Shown: piece after piece, positions 26,566 through 28,485 of the stretch
How the letters are laid out: each line of letters begins with the position of its first letter
Position numbering within the stretch: position 1 is the stretch's first letter
Origin: Candidatus Micrarchaeota archaeon
Lineage (GTDB): Archaea; Micrarchaeota; Micrarchaeia; Anstonellales; Bilamarchaeaceae
Assembly (NCBI GenBank): GCA_032123335.1
Contig: JAQBFN010000049.1
Location: forward strand, 1-28,485
Direction of reading: 5' to 3'
Length of the DNA stretch: 28,485 bases
The notes under the pieces: model-generated
Databases searched by the model: none
Told to the model about the DNA's origin: nothing
Seen by the model: only the letters and a program-made list of their open reading frames with translations
Made by a program: the position numbers and the translations under genes

Positions 26566-27337
26566 AAGGATCTAGATCCTCGGACTTCGCAAGTTTCTTT
26601 ATCTTCTTTGAAGCTTTATTTAGACACTTGACATAAAGTTTATGATCTTTCTTAATAAACTCAGCTTCCTTCTCCATCAAGTTTGGATCAAAATGGGAAA
26701 ATCTCGTTGGAAATCCGTCATCTAACACCATCTTCAATCCAATATATGCTCGCAGGCCCGCTTCTATCGCAGAAAGAAAGTATTCCTTCTGATCCACCAT
26801 TTTCTCATGTTTTTTATGTGATTTTTTCCATTCTGAAACAAGTTTGTCAAACTCTTCATTTTTCTCTCCAAATGCTTTGAAGAGCATCTCATATATGACA
26901 TAGTTCCCAGTGATTATTCCCCTCCTCCTCATTTTGGCATGCGATTTTAACTTCTTGAAATGTCCCCCTTCCTTCCCGGTTATGAGGTGTACAACATTAT
27001 TTCTAAAATTTTTAAACTGTCTAAAATAGTTGAGTGTTTCCTTTTGTGTGTACCCGAAATCATAAAGGAACTCCATTGCTCTTGGTGTATTAATTATCCC
27101 ATATAAGTGAAAATCATATTCTAGATTCCCAATAGCAATAGGGAGATTTTGAATGACTAAATAATCCAATGCTTTATCTAGGTAAATGGTGGCATCTTCA
27201 TACTTCCCTTTTTCTAACAGATCAATTACTTCATTGAGATAAGAAGAATAATATTCTAATCGGGGATCGTCCTCTTTTTTTTGTCTGAATTTGGAAAGTC
27301 TGGATTTGATAGTTTCCTTTTTCTTCTTGATTTTCAT
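26543..27337 (-). CDS. putative HEPN-domain ribonuclease with a helical C-terminal domain
   Basis: EVIDLLEKGKYEDATIYLDKALD (HEPN-type N-terminal helices) and FRQFKNFRNNVVH (R-N-x3-H); start likely ATG 27337. Confidence 0.7.
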   Translation of the reverse strand: MKIKKKKETIKSRLSKFRQKKEDDPRLEYYSSYLNEVIDLLEKGKYEDATIYLDKALDYLVIQNLPIAIGNLEYDFHLYGIINTPRAMEFLYDFGYTQKETLNYFRQFKNFRNNVVHLITGKEGGHFKKLKSHAKMRRRGIITGNYVIYEMLFKAFGEKNEEFDKLVSEWKKSHKKHEKMVDQKEYFLSAIEAGLRAYIGLKMVLDDGFPTRFSHFDPNLMEKEAEFIKKDHKLYVKCLNKASKKIKKLAKSEDLDPFNLFGEK

Positions 27338-27410
27338 AAACCCACACAAAATCTTGTTTTGGGAGTTCACTTTTTGAGTCGGCCCAAATCCTCCGACGTA
27401 AAATACGTCA

Positions 27411-27494
27411 ATGAGTATCGATGAAACAGTCATCGAGAAGTCCTATGGGAAAAAACAAGGTGTCGACATGGCTGTCGATGCAATAGGAGACTAG
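27411..27494 (+). pseudogene. C-terminal fragment resembling a phage SNF2-type helicase end
   Basis: MSIDETVIEKSYGKKQGVDMAVDAIGD* resembles the (T/S)IDE-x-I/V...K-K end of SNF2-family helicases; in-frame TAA at 27399-27401 just upstream. Confidence 0.4.
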
Positions 27495-27496
27495 TC

Positions 27497-27688
27497 GTGG
27501 AAGTAACTTACATGTACCAACGCATTGAGGATAGAGTAGAAGCAAAAATGAAAGTCCGTCAAGGGAAAAATGAGTCTGAGTTTACAGAACACTACCCCCT
27601 TGACACCCCTCTTCGTGAAGTAGATGCACTCTTCAAGAAGAGCATGGAAGACGTACTCAAAATCAAGAAAGCTGCTGATAGTCAGTAG
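27497..27688 (+). CDS. small phage-like hypothetical protein
   Basis: GTG start with AGGAGA RBS at 27485-27490; 63 aa. Confidence 0.65.
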   Translation: MEVTYMYQRIEDRVEAKMKVRQGKNESEFTEHYPLDTPLREVDALFKKSMEDVLKIKKAADSQ

Positions 27689-27729
27689 TTGTATTGGTTT
27701 AAACCTAAAACCGAAGGAGAAACACTATC

Positions 27730-28128
27730 ATGGAAATTAACATCAAATTCAACACAGAAGAAACCATCAGTGACGAGAAGTTGTCGGCTGTTGCTACTCT
27801 TCTAGGTCTCGGTCGTATTCCTGAAGCTTCTGTTTCAGAAGAACCAGCCCTTCCAAAGAAAACCAAAGCGAAAGCTAAAGAGGCTCCTGTTGAGGTCAAA
27901 GAAGAGGCTCCTGTTGAGGTCAAAGAAGAGGCTCCTGCGTCAGATGATGCAGTCATCCCTTTCGACGAACTCCGCACACTGGCTCTCCAACTTGCGGAGA
28001 AAGAAAAAGGTAGCGCAGGGGTGTTGAACCTTGTGAAACGCATCAGTGGGGAGTCTACCATCAACCCCAAAGACTCCACTTACCACAATGCTATTGCCGA
28101 AGCCATCAAACGGGAACTGGGTGTATGA
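27730..28128 (+). CDS. phage protein of the type usually found directly upstream of DUF2800 genes
   Basis: GAAGGAG RBS; N-terminal MEINIKF, Ala/Pro/Glu/Lys linker, C-terminal FDELRTLALQLAEKEKGSAGVLNLVKR...Y. Confidence 0.75.
   Translation: MEINIKFNTEETISDEKLSAVATLLGLGRIPEASVSEEPALPKKTKAKAKEAPVEVKEEAPVEVKEEAPASDDAVIPFDELRTLALQLAEKEKGSAGVLNLVKRISGESTINPKDSTYHNAIAEAIKRELGV
27878..27937 (+). repeat. 2.5 tandem copies of a 24-bp unit (aagaggctcctgttgaggtcaaag)
   Basis: Exact copies at 27878-27901 and 27902-27925 plus a partial copy at 27926-27937; encodes EAPVEVKE. Confidence 0.95.
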
Positions 28129-28485
28129 GTACCCACAGCCCTACAGGAGCCTCTGGTGCGAAGCGGTGGATGAACTGCCCTGCCTCAATCGCTTTAGCTG
28201 AACTCTTAGCTAAAGGGGTTGGGGGTTTGCCTGAAGAGACTGAGAGTGAGTACGCTAAAGAGGGTACTAAAGCACACGAATTTGCTGAGAAGACCCTAAC
28301 CAACTACTGGAGTGGTGGGGGTGACCCCCTCAGTGTTGAAGAGTTGAAGCCTTACTCGTTTGAGATAATGGAGTTTGTGCATGTGTACACTCGGGAGGTG
28401 GTGTCTCTTATTGAGAGCATCCACATGCCTGAAGTCAGAATTGAAGTGGCGGCCGACATGACGTACATCCATGAAGACTTATGGG
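28125..28485 (+). CDS. DUF2800 family PD-(D/E)XK (Cas4-like) phage nuclease, N-terminal part; absent from the ORF track
   Basis: Own translation: MSTHSPTGASGAKRWMNCPASIAL...ESEYAKEGTKAHEFAE...VRIEVAADMTYIHEDLW; ATGA overlap with the previous gene; open to the window end. Confidence 0.88.
   Translation, partial: MSTHSPTGASGAKRWMNCPASIALAELLAKGVGGLPEETESEYAKEGTKAHEFAEKTLTNYWSGGGDPLSVEELKPYSFEIMEFVHVYTREVVSLIESIHMPEVRIEVAADMTYIHEDLW

Larger units (their letters stand above)
24790..27400. mobile_element. AT-rich accessory (probable defence) island
   Basis: Composition shift (line 25021-25080 is 19/60 G+C versus 36/60 at 7141-7200), TTA/CTA-rich codons, two HEPN-motif genes and a tRNA-derived element; boundaries approximate; no integrase in the window. 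Confidence 0.65.
27411..28485 (+). mobile_element. tailed-phage/provirus-type DNA replication region (continues beyond the window)
   Basis: Co-directional, tightly packed genes with AGGAG-type RBS, a DUF2800 gene and the type of gene that usually precedes it. Confidence 0.8.

Noticed and set aside
27878..27937. Possible CRISPR repeats (also 22427-22530 and 18431/19542)
   Set aside because: No spacer-separated array; the repeats are in-frame coding duplications or a promoter duplication; no cas operon, and DUF2800 is a phage nuclease rather than CRISPR Cas4
24790..28485. Integrase, transposase or IS element
   Set aside because: No recognisable recombinase or transposase motifs and no terminal inverted repeats in the window

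Overview
Compact archaeal chromosome segment. TATA-type promoters, GGTG(A)-type ribosome-binding sites, eL15, an Rpp30-like gene and an A-type ATP synthase all point to archaea; a DPANN/Micrarchaeota-like host is my inference. Positions 1-24.75 kb hold core and lineage-specific genes: the purC 3' end, an Rpp30-like gene, rpl15e, a complete A1Ao ATP synthase operon (H-I-K-E-C-F-A-B-D), a PUA protein, a degenerate Nudix protein, an ABC-2 exporter with a very long coiled-coil permease, a PHP hydrolase, a DUF134 regulator, a pyruvoyl AdoMetDC-family protein, thiI, two tandem twin-arginine metallophosphoesterases, carbamate kinase, HEAT-like and YkgJ proteins, several orphans and a basic DUF883-like membrane protein. 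An AT-rich island at ~24.8-27.4 kb carries two unrelated HEPN (Rx4H) proteins, one orphan gene and a degenerate tRNA-Val(GAC)-like element with a 63-nt insertion in its T-loop (also a candidate att site). At ~27.41 kb the sequence switches abruptly, apparently mid-gene, to a tailed-phage-type replication region: a helicase-like C-terminal fragment, two small genes and a DUF2800 nuclease running off the window. Best leads are the HEPN island with its tRNA-like RNA, the phage junction, and a duplicated carbamate-kinase 3' end that appears to be kept as a promoter cassette. All family assignments come from motif recognition by eye; no searches were run.
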